Assembly: GCA_030153785.1 (NCBI GenBank)
Contig: JASKLF010000002.1
Coordinates: 38,565-102,564, forward strand
Direction of reading: 5' to 3'
Length of the DNA stretch: 64,000 nucleotides
Origin: a bacterium
Lineage (GTDB): Bacteria; Synergistota; GBS-1
A program made the position numbers and the translations under genes. Numbering within the stretch: position 1 is the stretch's first letter; every line of letters begins with the position of its first letter. Below the pieces are notes generated by a model, which was given only the letters and a program-made list of their open reading frames with translations, was not told where the DNA came from and made no database searches. Of this stretch, positions 9,670 through 20,924 are shown piece after piece.

Positions 9670-10728
9670 TTGAAAAGAACCCCGCTCTATCATAAGCACG
9701 TTGAGCTTGGAGCGAAAATGATAGATTTTAGCGGTTGGGAAATGCCTGTACAATATGAAAGCATACTTGAGGAACACATAACCGTTAGAAAAAGCGTAGG
9801 AATGTTCGATATAAGCCATATGGGAGAAATTAAAATCCAGGGAAAGGGAGCAAAAAAAACGGTTTTATATTTAACCCCCGTTCACGAACAAAAGCTTGTA
9901 CCTAAGAGAGCCTCTTACTCCTTCTTATTAAATGAGAACGGTGGAGTAATAGATGATCTTATCATCTATACTTTCTCAGAGGAAACATTCATACTCGTGG
10001 TTAACGCTGGAAATATAGAAAAGGACTTCAATTGGATAAAAGAAAATGCTCTTTCAGAAACAAGAGTGGAAAACATCTCCGAGAATATAAGCGCCATATC
10101 CATTCAAGGGCCCCATTCCACAAGAATTTCTGAAAGCTTATTTAGCTTAGAACTCTCAAATATGAAATACTACTCATTTGAAACCAATTTGGAATATCGA
10201 GGATCAAAGATTCTCTTTTTATCAAGAACAGGGTACACAGGAGAGTTAGGCTTTGAAATTTACACCCGCCCGGAAGACGTTGAAAACCTGTGGGATGAAT
10301 TGTTAACACTCAGAGTCAAACCATGCGGTTTAGGGGCAAGAGATGGCTTAAGACTTGAAGCAGGAATGCCACTTTACGGACACGAATTAAATGAAGATAT
10401 AACCCCCTTAGAGGCAAATCTGAGAAAGTTCTTAGACATGGAAAGAAATTTCATAGGAAAGAAAGCACTTATAGAAAGGGTCGTTGAAAAACGGTTGGTG
10501 GGATTCAAAATGATAGACAAGGGGGTTCCAAGAAAAGAGCAAAAAATAATCTATCAAGGGCAAGAAGTCGGTTACGTAACAAGCGGGGGATACTCTCCTT
10601 ATTTAAATGAGTACATCGGAATGGGATATGTAAAGAACAACGGCATAGAAAGTGAAATAAATATAGACATGCGCGGTAAAGAAAAAAGGGCAGTTATAAC
10701 TGCTCTACCATTTTATAGAAAGGGGTGA
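9670..10728 (+). CDS. gcvT: Glycine cleavage system aminomethyltransferase (T protein)
   Basis: 352 aa. Typical GcvT N-terminus: TPLY..H...GAKM..F.GWEMPVQY. TTG start with GGGAGGTG SD. Followed by gcvH and gcvP. Confidence 0.92.
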   Translation: MKRTPLYHKHVELGAKMIDFSGWEMPVQYESILEEHITVRKSVGMFDISHMGEIKIQGKGAKKTVLYLTPVHEQKLVPKRASYSFLLNENGGVIDDLIIYTFSEETFILVVNAGNIEKDFNWIKENALSETRVENISENISAISIQGPHSTRISESLFSLELSNMKYYSFETNLEYRGSKILFLSRTGYTGELGFEIYTRPEDVENLWDELLTLRVKPCGLGARDGLRLEAGMPLYGHELNEDITPLEANLRKFLDMERNFIGKKALIERVVEKRLVGFKMIDKGVPRKEQKIIYQGQEVGYVTSGGYSPYLNEYIGMGYVKNNGIESEINIDMRGKEKRAVITALPFYRKG

Positions 10729-10734
10729 ACCCAA

Positions 10735-11115
10735 TTGATACCAAAGGATCTTAAATATTCAAAGGAACATGAGTGGATAAAAGTGGAAAATGGTGTTGGA
10801 ACAGTGGGAATAACCCAATACGCTCAAGAACAATTAGGAGATATCGTCTTCGTTGAACTTCCTTCGATTGGAAGAGAAGTGGAGAAAATGGAAGCCGTTG
10901 CCGTAGTTGAATCAGTCAAGGCAGCGTCAGACATCTACACTCCTGTAAGTGGAAAAATTGTAGAAATTAACGAGGAGTTAAATAGCTCCCCGAACCTTAT
11001 AAATGAAGACCCCTATGGAAAGGGATGGATCTTTAAGATAGAACTTAAAGAACCGAAAGAGCTTGACGAGCTCCTTTCTGCAGAGGAATATGAAAGATTA
11101 ATCACGGAGGGATAA
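10735..11115 (+). CDS. gcvH: Glycine cleavage system H protein
   Basis: 126 aa. The lipoyl-lysine motif is VESVKAASD, and the KYSKEHEW and PYGKGW motifs are present. Confidence 0.93.
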   Translation: MIPKDLKYSKEHEWIKVENGVGTVGITQYAQEQLGDIVFVELPSIGREVEKMEAVAVVESVKAASDIYTPVSGKIVEINEELNSSPNLINEDPYGKGWIFKIELKEPKELDELLSAEEYERLITEG

Positions 11116-11118
11116 ACT

Positions 11119-12465
11119 ATGCCCTTCATCCCCCACTCCCAAATAGATGAAAGAGAAGTGCTATCAAGCCTCGGAATAAGTGAAAAGGAGGAGCTCTTCT
11201 CCCATATCCCTAAAGAAATAAGACTATCTAAGGAGCTATCTTTGCCCGCTCCCCTTTCTGAAATAGAAGTGGAGCAGGAAATAAAAAAAATATCCCTCAT
11301 GAACAAGGGAGTGAATGAGTATATTTCATTTTTGGGAGGGGGAAGTTATAATCACTGGATTCCCTCTACAGTAGAATACATACTCTCAAGGGGGGAAATA
11401 TTTTCACCATATACACCCTATCAACCAGAAGCAAGTCAGGGAACCCTAACCATTCTCTTTGAGTTTCAAACTATGATGTGTGAGCTATTCGACATGGAAG
11501 TCTCAAACGCATCGGTATACGATGGTGCTTCAGCTTTAGCCGAAGCCTGCCTCATGGCATTAAGAATAACTCAAAAAGAAGAAGTAATCATCTCCTCAGC
11601 AATCCACCCAGAATATAGAACGGTGGTCAAAACTCATCTTGAAAGCGCTGGATTCAAAGTTAAGGAAATAAAGTTTAGAGAAGATGGGAGAACCGACCTT
11701 GAAGCTTTGGAGAAAGCGTTATCATCAGATACAGCAGCTTTTGCCATTCAAAATCCAAACTTTTTTGGAATAATAGAAGATATAAAGGGCATACAAAGCT
11801 TAAGAGAAAAAACAAATATCCTCTTAATAGCTTGCGTAGTTGAACCAATCTCGCTTGGATTGCTAACTCCTCCTGGCAGTTACAAAGCAGATATAGCTGT
11901 TGGGGAAGGGAAATCATTCGGAATCCCGTTAAATTTCGGTGGTCCCTATCTTGGAATCTTTACAAGCAAGATGGAATATGTAAGAAACATGCCTGGAAGA
12001 ATAGTAGGAGAAACGACTGACACAGAGGGAAAACGTGGATTCGTCCTAACCCTTTCAACGAGGGAACAGCACATAAGAAGAGCCAAAGCCACTTCTAACA
12101 TATGCACAAATCACAATATGTGTGCCATCGCGGCCACCGTATATCTCGCATCTATAGGCAAAAAGGGGTTTAAGAAAATATCTGAAATGAATCTTAAAAA
12201 GGCTCATTTCTTAGCAAGAGAGCTTGGAAAAAGAAATATAGAGCTCTTATTTAAGTCTCCCTTCTATAATGAATTTGCAATTAAGGTCAAAAACCCTGAC
12301 AAAGTCTTAGAAGCAGGTCTTGAAAGGGGATTTTTGGCCGGACTATCGCTCAAAAGGTTCTATCCAGATCTTGAAAATAGCCTTCTTATAAATGTAACTG
12401 AAGTCCACGACACCCAAAGTTTAGAAAAGTTTGCAAATTTCCTGGGAGAGATCGAAAATGGCTGA
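11119..12465 (+). CDS. gcvPA: Glycine dehydrogenase (decarboxylating) subunit 1
   Basis: 448 aa with two-subunit P-protein architecture. Motifs are FLGGG.Y.H and TPYQPE(A/I)SQG. Confidence 0.92.
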   Translation: MPFIPHSQIDEREVLSSLGISEKEELFSHIPKEIRLSKELSLPAPLSEIEVEQEIKKISLMNKGVNEYISFLGGGSYNHWIPSTVEYILSRGEIFSPYTPYQPEASQGTLTILFEFQTMMCELFDMEVSNASVYDGASALAEACLMALRITQKEEVIISSAIHPEYRTVVKTHLESAGFKVKEIKFREDGRTDLEALEKALSSDTAAFAIQNPNFFGIIEDIKGIQSLREKTNILLIACVVEPISLGLLTPPGSYKADIAVGEGKSFGIPLNFGGPYLGIFTSKMEYVRNMPGRIVGETTDTEGKRGFVLTLSTREQHIRRAKATSNICTNHNMCAIAATVYLASIGKKGFKKISEMNLKKAHFLARELGKRNIELLFKSPFYNEFAIKVKNPDKVLEAGLERGFLAGLSLKRFYPDLENSLLINVTEVHDTQSLEKFANFLGEIENG

Positions 12466-13909
12466 AAAACTAATATTTGAATTAGGCAGGATAGATAGGG
12501 AAGGGGTTTCCATTCCCCCCGATGACCTTGAAAGCTTAAACATCGATGAGCTTATCCCCGAAGAGCTTTTAAGAAAAAGAGACCCAACATTACCCGAAGT
12601 AAGCGAGGTCGAAGTAATCAGACACTATACAAGATTGTCTCAATTGAACTTTTGTGTGGATACTCATTTTTATCCCTTAGGGTCTTGCACGATGAAATAT
12701 AACCCAAGAATAGGAGAAAAGCTTTCAACCTTAGAAGGTTTTACAAGCTTGCATCCCTACGAACCCGACGAGCTCGTTCAGGGAGTACTAAAAATCATGT
12801 TTGATTTAGGACAATATTTATGCGAAATAGGAGGATTTGATGCTATAACACTACAACCATCAGCGGGAGCTCACGGAGAGCTTACGGGACTCCTTATTAT
12901 AAGAGCCTATCATGAAACCAAAGGAAGAAAAAGAAGCAAGGTAATAATACCAGATTCAGCTCACGGTACCAATCCTGCATCCTGCACTTTAGCAGGTTAC
13001 AAAGCCATTGAAATTAAGTCGGGTAAAGATGGATGCATTGACCTAAAGAGATTACAAGAAGAACTTGATGAAGAGACTGCTGCTGTAATGATAACCAATC
13101 CCAACACCCTTGGAATTTTCGAAGAGGAAATTCTCAGAATTGCAGAAATCACTCACTCCGTGGGAGCCCTCCTTTATGGAGATGGAGCTAACCTCAATGC
13201 TTTAATGGGAATAACAAGACCTGGCGATATGGGATTTGACGTTCTTCATTTTAATCTTCACAAGACCTTTGCGGCTCCGCACGGAGGCGGGGGACCCGGT
13301 TCAGGGCCCGTGGCAGTAAAAAAAGAGCTTGAGCCATTCCTGCCAGTCCCAGTGATAGTAAAAAAAGATGGGAAATATACACTGGACTACAATAGACCCC
13401 TAAGCATAGGAAAAGTAAAAAGCTTTTATGGTAATCTTCCTGTAATAATAAAAGCCTACATATACATAAGAATGATGGGGGCTCAAGGATTGAAAAGGGC
13501 TTCTGAAAATGCTGTACTCAATGCAAGATATGTCATAAACAGGCTGAAGGGGGCTTTTGACTTGCCATACAATAAACCACCGATGCACGAAGGAGTCCTC
13601 TCAGGCAAGAAATTTAGAGAATACGGAGTTAGAACCTTAGATATAGCTAAAAGATTGCTTGACTACGGTTTTCACCCACCAACAATTTACTTCCCGCTTA
13701 TAGTAGAAGAGGCGTTAATGATTGAACCAACGGAAACAGAAACAAAAGAAACATTAGATGCCTTTATAGAAGCCATGCTAAAGATAGCGGAAGAAGCAGT
13801 TAAAACACCAGAGTTGCTCAAAAGTGCCCCCCATACCACACCTGTAAAGAGGTTAGATGAGGTTAAAGCGGCAAAAGAGCTTAAATTGCGCTGGAAAGAA
13901 TATAAGTAA
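12458..13909 (+). CDS. gcvPB: Glycine dehydrogenase (decarboxylating) subunit 2
   Basis: PLP-lysine motif is HFNLHKTFAAPHGGGGPG. I prefer ATG 12458 (ATGGCTGA overlap with the gcvPA stop) over the track start at 12431. Confidence 0.92.
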   Translation: MAEKLIFELGRIDREGVSIPPDDLESLNIDELIPEELLRKRDPTLPEVSEVEVIRHYTRLSQLNFCVDTHFYPLGSCTMKYNPRIGEKLSTLEGFTSLHPYEPDELVQGVLKIMFDLGQYLCEIGGFDAITLQPSAGAHGELTGLLIIRAYHETKGRKRSKVIIPDSAHGTNPASCTLAGYKAIEIKSGKDGCIDLKRLQEELDEETAAVMITNPNTLGIFEEEILRIAEITHSVGALLYGDGANLNALMGITRPGDMGFDVLHFNLHKTFAAPHGGGGPGSGPVAVKKELEPFLPVPVIVKKDGKYTLDYNRPLSIGKVKSFYGNLPVIIKAYIYIRMMGAQGLKRASENAVLNARYVINRLKGAFDLPYNKPPMHEGVLSGKKFREYGVRTLDIAKRLLDYGFHPPTIYFPLIVEEALMIEPTETETKETLDAFIEAMLKIAEEAVKTPELLKSAPHTTPVKRLDEVKAAKELKLRWKEYK

Positions 13910-13933
13910 GGGGTGGGATTCTTCCCACCCCTT
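13908..13933. terminator. Shared hairpin between convergent gcvPB and buk
   Basis: AAGGGGTGGGA-TTCT-TCCCACCCCTT, an 11-bp GC-rich stem spanning both stop codons. The flanking T tracts are weak on both sides. Confidence 0.5.
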
Positions 13934-14993
13934 ACTTATATATTTTGTGCTCTTCTTCCCCTCTTAAAACCCTTAAGGCGCCAAAAGCTAACGCTTCCAT
14001 TTCATCCTCTCCAGGATAAACCATTACAGGAGCAAGGAAAGATACTCTTTCCCTTATCCAAGAAACTATCCTTTTGCTGTGTGCCATGCCACCAGTGATA
14101 ACTATAGCGTCTATGTTTCCCTCTAAAGCAGAGGCCATCTTTCCTATCCACTTAGAAATCTGGTATGCCATAGCCCTAAGCACGGTTTCCGCCAAGAAAT
14201 CTCCGCTATCAATCTTCCGCTCTACATCTAAAGCACTGTTAGTTCCAAAATAGGCTACCAAACCACCACTTCCTACTATTCGCTTCATCAGAGTATCAAG
14301 GGACATACCCTTTCTGAAAAGCTCCAAGAGTTTTAAAGTTGGTATAGTCGGACATCTCTCAGGGGTAAAGGGACCATCGCCATTTAACGCATTATTGACA
14401 TCCACAACCCTACCGCCTTTATGAGCTCCTATAGATATCCCTCCGCCCAGATGTGCGACGATTAGATTAACCTTACTGTAATCCTTGCCAAGATCACGTG
14501 CCGCCTTTCTCGCCACAGCTTTCTGATTCAGGGCGTGAAAGATGCTCCTTCTATTAAGGCCTTTCAAGCCAGAAACACGAGCAATATCCTCAAGCTCATC
14601 AACTACCACGGGATCAACTATATAAGCAGGACATCCTGCCTCTTTCGCTATCTCATAAGCTAAAATTGCACCCAGGTTAGAGGCATGTTCTCCATATTTA
14701 GCAGTCTTAAGATCCTCTAATATTTCTTCATTTACCAAGAATGTCCCACCTGGGATTGGCTTAAGCAAGCCCCCTCTTCCTACGACAGCCGAGAGGCTGG
14801 AAACCGCGATGTTGTTTCTTCTCAAGAAGTCAAAAATTATTTCTTTTCTAAACTGATACTGATCTATTATTCTGCTATATTTGCTCAATTCCTCCTTAGA
14901 GTGTCTTAAGGTTTCACTGAAAAGCTCCTTATCGTTTTCGAAAACCGAGACTTTTGTTGATGTAGACCCAGGGTTTATAACCAGGATAAGCAT
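13932..14993 (-). CDS. buk: Butyrate kinase
   Basis: 353 aa. ASKHA N-terminus ILVINPGSTSTK, plus HLGGGIS and ITGGMA motifs. Located directly downstream of ptb. Confidence 0.9.
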   Translation of the reverse strand: MLILVINPGSTSTKVSVFENDKELFSETLRHSKEELSKYSRIIDQYQFRKEIIFDFLRRNNIAVSSLSAVVGRGGLLKPIPGGTFLVNEEILEDLKTAKYGEHASNLGAILAYEIAKEAGCPAYIVDPVVVDELEDIARVSGLKGLNRRSIFHALNQKAVARKAARDLGKDYSKVNLIVAHLGGGISIGAHKGGRVVDVNNALNGDGPFTPERCPTIPTLKLLELFRKGMSLDTLMKRIVGSGGLVAYFGTNSALDVERKIDSGDFLAETVLRAMAYQISKWIGKMASALEGNIDAIVITGGMAHSKRIVSWIRERVSFLAPVMVYPGEDEMEALAFGALRVLRGEEEHKIYK

Positions 14994-15011
14994 GGCTTCT
15001 TAAAGGAAAGC

Positions 15012-15908
15012 TTACATAGAACAAACCGCCGCTAAAGCTATAGATAGAAGCTTAGCTTCGGCACTATCAGCTCTTGAAGTTAATACAATGGGAACCTTAG
15101 CCCCCATAACAACACTAGCGGTCCTCGCGCCAGCTATAAATATTAACGCCTTATAAAGAACATTTCCAGCATTGATATCAGGGAGAACTATGATATCCGC
15201 CTTCCCAGCAACTGGACTTTCTATCTTCTTATGTTTAGCCGCTTCCTCCGAAACCGCATTATCAAGAGCAAACGGTCCATCTACTATGCAACCCTTAATT
15301 TGACCACGTTGATTCATTTTAGCAAGTAAGGCAGCATCAACCGTGGCTGGAATTTTAGGATTTACAACTTCAACAGCGCTTACCACAGCTACCTTCGGGT
15401 TCTCATAACCAAGCTTATGCATCACGTCTACAGCATTGTTTATTATATCGACCTTCTGGTCAAGCTCAGGAGCTATAGTTATTCCGGCATCGGTTATAGC
15501 AAAAACTCTTGGATAGGTAGAAAGTTCGAAAAGCGAAACCATGGAAAGAACTCTACCTGTTCTCAACCCTTTCTCCTTGTCAAGAACGGCTCTTGCAAGG
15601 TCGGCAGTCTGAATATACCCCTTCATCAAGAAATCGCACTTACCCTCTCTTACAAGCTCAACTGCCTTGTAGGCAGCCTGAACGGGATTAGGAACATCAT
15701 AGATTTCGTAATTACTCAAATCGATACCTAAATCACCAGCTATTTTCTCAATAGCTGGTCTTGAGCCCACTAAAGACCCTTTGATTATTTCTCTCTTTCG
15801 AGCATCCTCAACAGCCTCAAGCACATGGGCATCCTCAGCGGCAGCAACGGCAAGCCGCATTCCTTTACCACGAGCCATATCCAATAAGCTAAGTAAACTC
15901 TTCAACAA
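15012..15908 (-). CDS. ptb: Phosphate butyryltransferase
   Basis: 298 aa, phosphate acetyl/butyryltransferase family (e.g. the LPDINAGNVLYK region). Forms the ptb-buk pair. Confidence 0.88.
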   Translation of the reverse strand: MLKSLLSLLDMARGKGMRLAVAAAEDAHVLEAVEDARKREIIKGSLVGSRPAIEKIAGDLGIDLSNYEIYDVPNPVQAAYKAVELVREGKCDFLMKGYIQTADLARAVLDKEKGLRTGRVLSMVSLFELSTYPRVFAITDAGITIAPELDQKVDIINNAVDVMHKLGYENPKVAVVSAVEVVNPKIPATVDAALLAKMNQRGQIKGCIVDGPFALDNAVSEEAAKHKKIESPVAGKADIIVLPDINAGNVLYKALIFIAGARTASVVMGAKVPIVLTSRADSAEAKLLSIALAAVCSM

Positions 15909-17626
<1,718 letters not shown>

Positions 17627-17634
17627 GATTACAA

Positions 17635-17664
17635 TTGACGTTTCCTCTAAAATTGGTGTAAAAT
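17635..17664 (+). promoter_or_regulatory. Candidate promoter for the DUF3311-symporter pair
   Basis: TTGACG (17635-17640), 18 nt spacer, TAAAAT (17659-17664). Confidence 0.4.
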
Positions 17665-17704
17665 TAATCCATCATTATTATCCCAATAATACTTCTAAGG
17701 AGGG

Positions 17705-17923
17705 ATGAAAATGGGAAAGGGTGCGGCAGTGTTCTGGGGATTCGTTGTTCCGTGGCTCGCTTATGTAGTTATTTCTCCATTCTTCAATATTTTCAACCCA
17801 GAAACCAAAAGCCCATTAATTTTAGGGATGCCTCCACTCGTATTTTGGGACATACTGTGGATCGTCCTAACACCGTTCTGCTTGCTAATTGCTTATAACA
17901 TCGAGAAAAGGAGGTGGTCATGA
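17705..17923 (+). CDS. Small two-TM membrane protein (DUF3311-like partner of sodium:solute symporters)
   Basis: 72 aa with two hydrophobic helices and an AAGGAGGG SD. Its stop overlaps the start of the symporter gene. Confidence 0.55.
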   Translation: MKMGKGAAVFWGFVVPWLAYVVISPFFNIFNPETKSPLILGMPPLVFWDILWIVLTPFCLLIAYNIEKRRWS

Positions 17924-19377
17924 TGTCTCAAGCAACGATAGCATTAATGATCATTTTTGGCTGGATTGTCCTGACGCTAATAGTGGGAGTACTGGCAGGT
18001 ATTAAGAGAAAGTTTACATTAGACGGATACCTTGTATCAGGAAGATCTTTAGGTTTTATATTCTTGTATGTGCTACTGGCAGGAGAAATTTACAGCGCTT
18101 ACGCTTTCCTAGGAGCGGGAGGATGGGCTTATTCTTACGGCATGCCTATAATGTATGCTTTGGGTTACGGAATTTTAGCTTACGCGTTTGGCTATTTCTT
18201 CGCCGAATATGTTTGGAAAGCCGGAAAGGCTTTCGATCTTGTAACTCAAGCAGACTTCTTTAGGAAAAGGTACAACAGCAAATTCTTAGCAGTTCTGGTA
18301 GCACTGATAGGAATCGTATTTAATGTACCATATATTCAACTTCAGCTTCAAGGACTTGGATACATAATCAACGTTGCTTCCTTGGGAGCCATTTCCTTAA
18401 AAACAGGTATTGTTATAGGAATGCTGGTTATGCTTGTTTACGTTTACACCAGTGGACTAAGAGGTATAGCATGGACAAATCTTTTACAATCCATCATGAT
18501 GTTCATCGTGGCGTGGGTAATTGTATTCGCCATTCCTTTTGCAAAATTTGGTAGCTTAGAAAACCTCTTCAAGACCTTAGCAGAAGTCAAACCAGGACAT
18601 CTCGTGCTTTCAGGAAAGATGGGACTTCCTTGGTATATCTCCACTTTGATTCTCTGCGGTCTCGGATTCTTTATGTATCCTCAGATGTGGCCTTCCATAT
18701 ACAGTTCTAAAGATATAAGGGCACTAAAAAGAACTTATGTAGGTCTTCCCCTTTATTCACTCTTTATGGTTCCCGTTATCCTTACCGGTTTAACCATCGC
18801 AGCATTGAACATAAAGCTTCCACGCCCAGATGCTGCTGTTCTTGAAGGAGTTAAATTAGCTTATCCAGAATGGGTGTTAGGAATTGTAGGAGCAGCTGGT
18901 TTTGCAGCTGCAGCATCTACGGCAAGTGCCATCATGCTCACATTAGCTGGACTGCTCTCAAAGAACTTATATGGGCTAATAAAAGAAAATGCTTCAGACA
19001 GAGAACTAGTCATAGTAAGCCGAGTAAGTGTCTTGATATTCGGATTAGCAGCAATGTTTTTAGCACTCTTCGCAGGAGGAAGATTGGTAGCGCTACTCCT
19101 CCTTGCGTATGCGGGCATGACTCAGATGTTCCCTGGTGCCTTCTTAGGATTATTCTTCAGGAAATTCAACAAATTAGCTATCAGCTCTGGCATGATTGCC
19201 GGTCTTATTACCATAACTTATCTGAAGTTCTTCGGACCCGGAGACTACCTTGGAATCCACTTTGGATTATGGGGATTAGCTGTCAATCTAATAGTGGTCC
19301 TAATAGTTTCAGCCTTAACCAAAGAAGATGAAAACTTTGACTCATTCCTCGAGGGTATCAATTCAGTAAAACTATAA
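17914..19377 (+). CDS. Sodium:solute symporter family transporter
   Basis: 487 aa polytopic protein with SSF-like sequence. Translationally coupled to the preceding small membrane protein. ATGs at 17914, 17920 and 17923 are all possible starts. Confidence 0.75.
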   Translation: MVMMSQATIALMIIFGWIVLTLIVGVLAGIKRKFTLDGYLVSGRSLGFIFLYVLLAGEIYSAYAFLGAGGWAYSYGMPIMYALGYGILAYAFGYFFAEYVWKAGKAFDLVTQADFFRKRYNSKFLAVLVALIGIVFNVPYIQLQLQGLGYIINVASLGAISLKTGIVIGMLVMLVYVYTSGLRGIAWTNLLQSIMMFIVAWVIVFAIPFAKFGSLENLFKTLAEVKPGHLVLSGKMGLPWYISTLILCGLGFFMYPQMWPSIYSSKDIRALKRTYVGLPLYSLFMVPVILTGLTIAALNIKLPRPDAAVLEGVKLAYPEWVLGIVGAAGFAAAASTASAIMLTLAGLLSKNLYGLIKENASDRELVIVSRVSVLIFGLAAMFLALFAGGRLVALLLLAYAGMTQMFPGAFLGLFFRKFNKLAISSGMIAGLITITYLKFFGPGDYLGIHFGLWGLAVNLIVVLIVSALTKEDENFDSFLEGINSVKL

Positions 19378-19406
19378 AATCTATCGCAAAAGAAGATTGA
19401 AATAAA

Positions 19407-19445
19407 AGCTCCTGGTGTCTGATGATATAATAGGCACCAGGAGCT
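19407..19445 (+). terminator. Intrinsic terminator after the symporter gene
   Basis: AGCTCCTGGTG (19407-19417) pairs with CACCAGGAGCT (19435-19445), an 11-bp stem, followed by the T-rich TCTGTTTCTTTC. Confidence 0.65.
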
Positions 19446-19486
19446 TCTGTTTCTTTCAAACACGCTTTTAAGGGGAGGCTAAAGAA

Positions 19487-20902
19487 GTGAATTATGGAAA
19501 GATAGACATTGAGATTATAGAAAAACTTATAGAAATCTGCGGAGAGGGAGACGTAATTTATAAAGACGAAGAAAAACTCGAAAACTATGCCTGCGATGAA
19601 TCTGGAAAAATATTTTGCAACCCCCCTGAAGTAGTAGTTAAACCCGAAAACACAGGTGAAGTTTCTAAAATAATGAAGCTTGCGAACGTATACCACATAC
19701 CTGTAACCCCACGTGGAGCTGGAAGCGGACTCGCAGGAGCAGCTATACCCTTGTATGGAGGCATAGTAATATCTATGGAAAAAATGAACAGGATACTCGA
19801 GATAGACAAAACAAACAGAGTAGCTGTTGTTGAACCAGGAGTCATAACAAACGATTTATGTAGAAAAGTGGAGGAAGAAGGATTATATTATGCGGGATAC
19901 CCCATGAGTGTCGGTTTAAGCTCTATAGGAGGAAATGTGGCAACGAACGCCGGAGGAAGCAAAGTGATTAAATACGGAAGTACTAGAAAACACGTGCTCG
20001 GAGCCGAAGTAGTCCTTCCCACAGGAGAGGTGTTAAATCTGGGAGGAAAAAGAAGAAAGGAAACATGGGGATACGACTTACTCGACCTACTAATAGGTTC
20101 GGAAGGAACCCTTTGCATCTTCACTAAACTTATATTGAATTTGCTTCCTCTACCTAAGGGAACGGTAGATCTCCTGGTACCCTTTAGAAACATCGAAGAG
20201 GCCATAGAAGCGGTAAAAGCCTTATTTTTAGAAGCAAAAGTCTTGCCAACAGCTATTGAATTCATGGACAAAACATCAGTAGACATTGCAAGTCAATTCT
20301 TAAATTTTTCTTTACCCCTCCAAGGAAACGCCCAAGCATTTTTAATAATCCAAATTGAAGAAAGGTCAAAAAAGGAACTTGAAGAAGCTTATGAAAAAGT
20401 GGGAAAAAGCTGTCTTAAAAACAAAGCACTAGATGTTTTCGTTGCAGATAATAAGACTAACTCGGAAAAAATTTGGAGAATCAGGAGAGAACTTACAGAG
20501 GCCCTGAGAAACAAAGACCCATTCGTTTCCCTAAGCGGAGATATTATCGTTCCCGTATCGGAAATACCCATTATGTTAAAAAAGATTAAGGAAGTAGAGA
20601 AGAAATACAGCGTTAAAACAGCTACGATAGGACACATGGGGGATGGCAACCTTCACCCTGCCTTATTCAAACCCAAAGATGTCTCCCCCGAAGATTGGAT
20701 TTCCCTTTCTGAAAAGATAGTAGAAGAGCTAATAGAAGAAGCTATAAAACTCGGAGGATCTGGAAGTGGAGAACACGGGGTAGGCCTTTTAAAAAGGAAA
20801 ACCTTTCTTAAAACTAAGCCCTCAACGGAGATTAGAATAATGAGGGAAATAAAACGGATATTTGACCCCAATATGATACTTAACCCTGGAAAGGTAATAT
20901 AA
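19487..20902 (+). CDS. FAD-linked oxidase, GlcD / D-lactate dehydrogenase family
   Basis: 471 aa. FAD-binding PCMH-type N-terminal domain (VTPRGAGSGLAGAA) and a C-terminal GEHG.G motif. GTG start with GGGGAGG SD. Confidence 0.82.
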   Translation: MNYGKIDIEIIEKLIEICGEGDVIYKDEEKLENYACDESGKIFCNPPEVVVKPENTGEVSKIMKLANVYHIPVTPRGAGSGLAGAAIPLYGGIVISMEKMNRILEIDKTNRVAVVEPGVITNDLCRKVEEEGLYYAGYPMSVGLSSIGGNVATNAGGSKVIKYGSTRKHVLGAEVVLPTGEVLNLGGKRRKETWGYDLLDLLIGSEGTLCIFTKLILNLLPLPKGTVDLLVPFRNIEEAIEAVKALFLEAKVLPTAIEFMDKTSVDIASQFLNFSLPLQGNAQAFLIIQIEERSKKELEEAYEKVGKSCLKNKALDVFVADNKTNSEKIWRIRRELTEALRNKDPFVSLSGDIIVPVSEIPIMLKKIKEVEKKYSVKTATIGHMGDGNLHPALFKPKDVSPEDWISLSEKIVEELIEEAIKLGGSGSGEHGVGLLKRKTFLKTKPSTEIRIMREIKRIFDPNMILNPGKVI

Positions 20903-20924
20903 TATATACTTGAGGTGATCATGT

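Noticed and set aside
19397-19431. TTGAAA ... TATAAT pair, considered as a promoter for the glcD-like gene.
   Set aside because: The spacer is 23 nt and the TATAAT lies in the loop of the upstream terminator hairpin. This is probably fortuitous.
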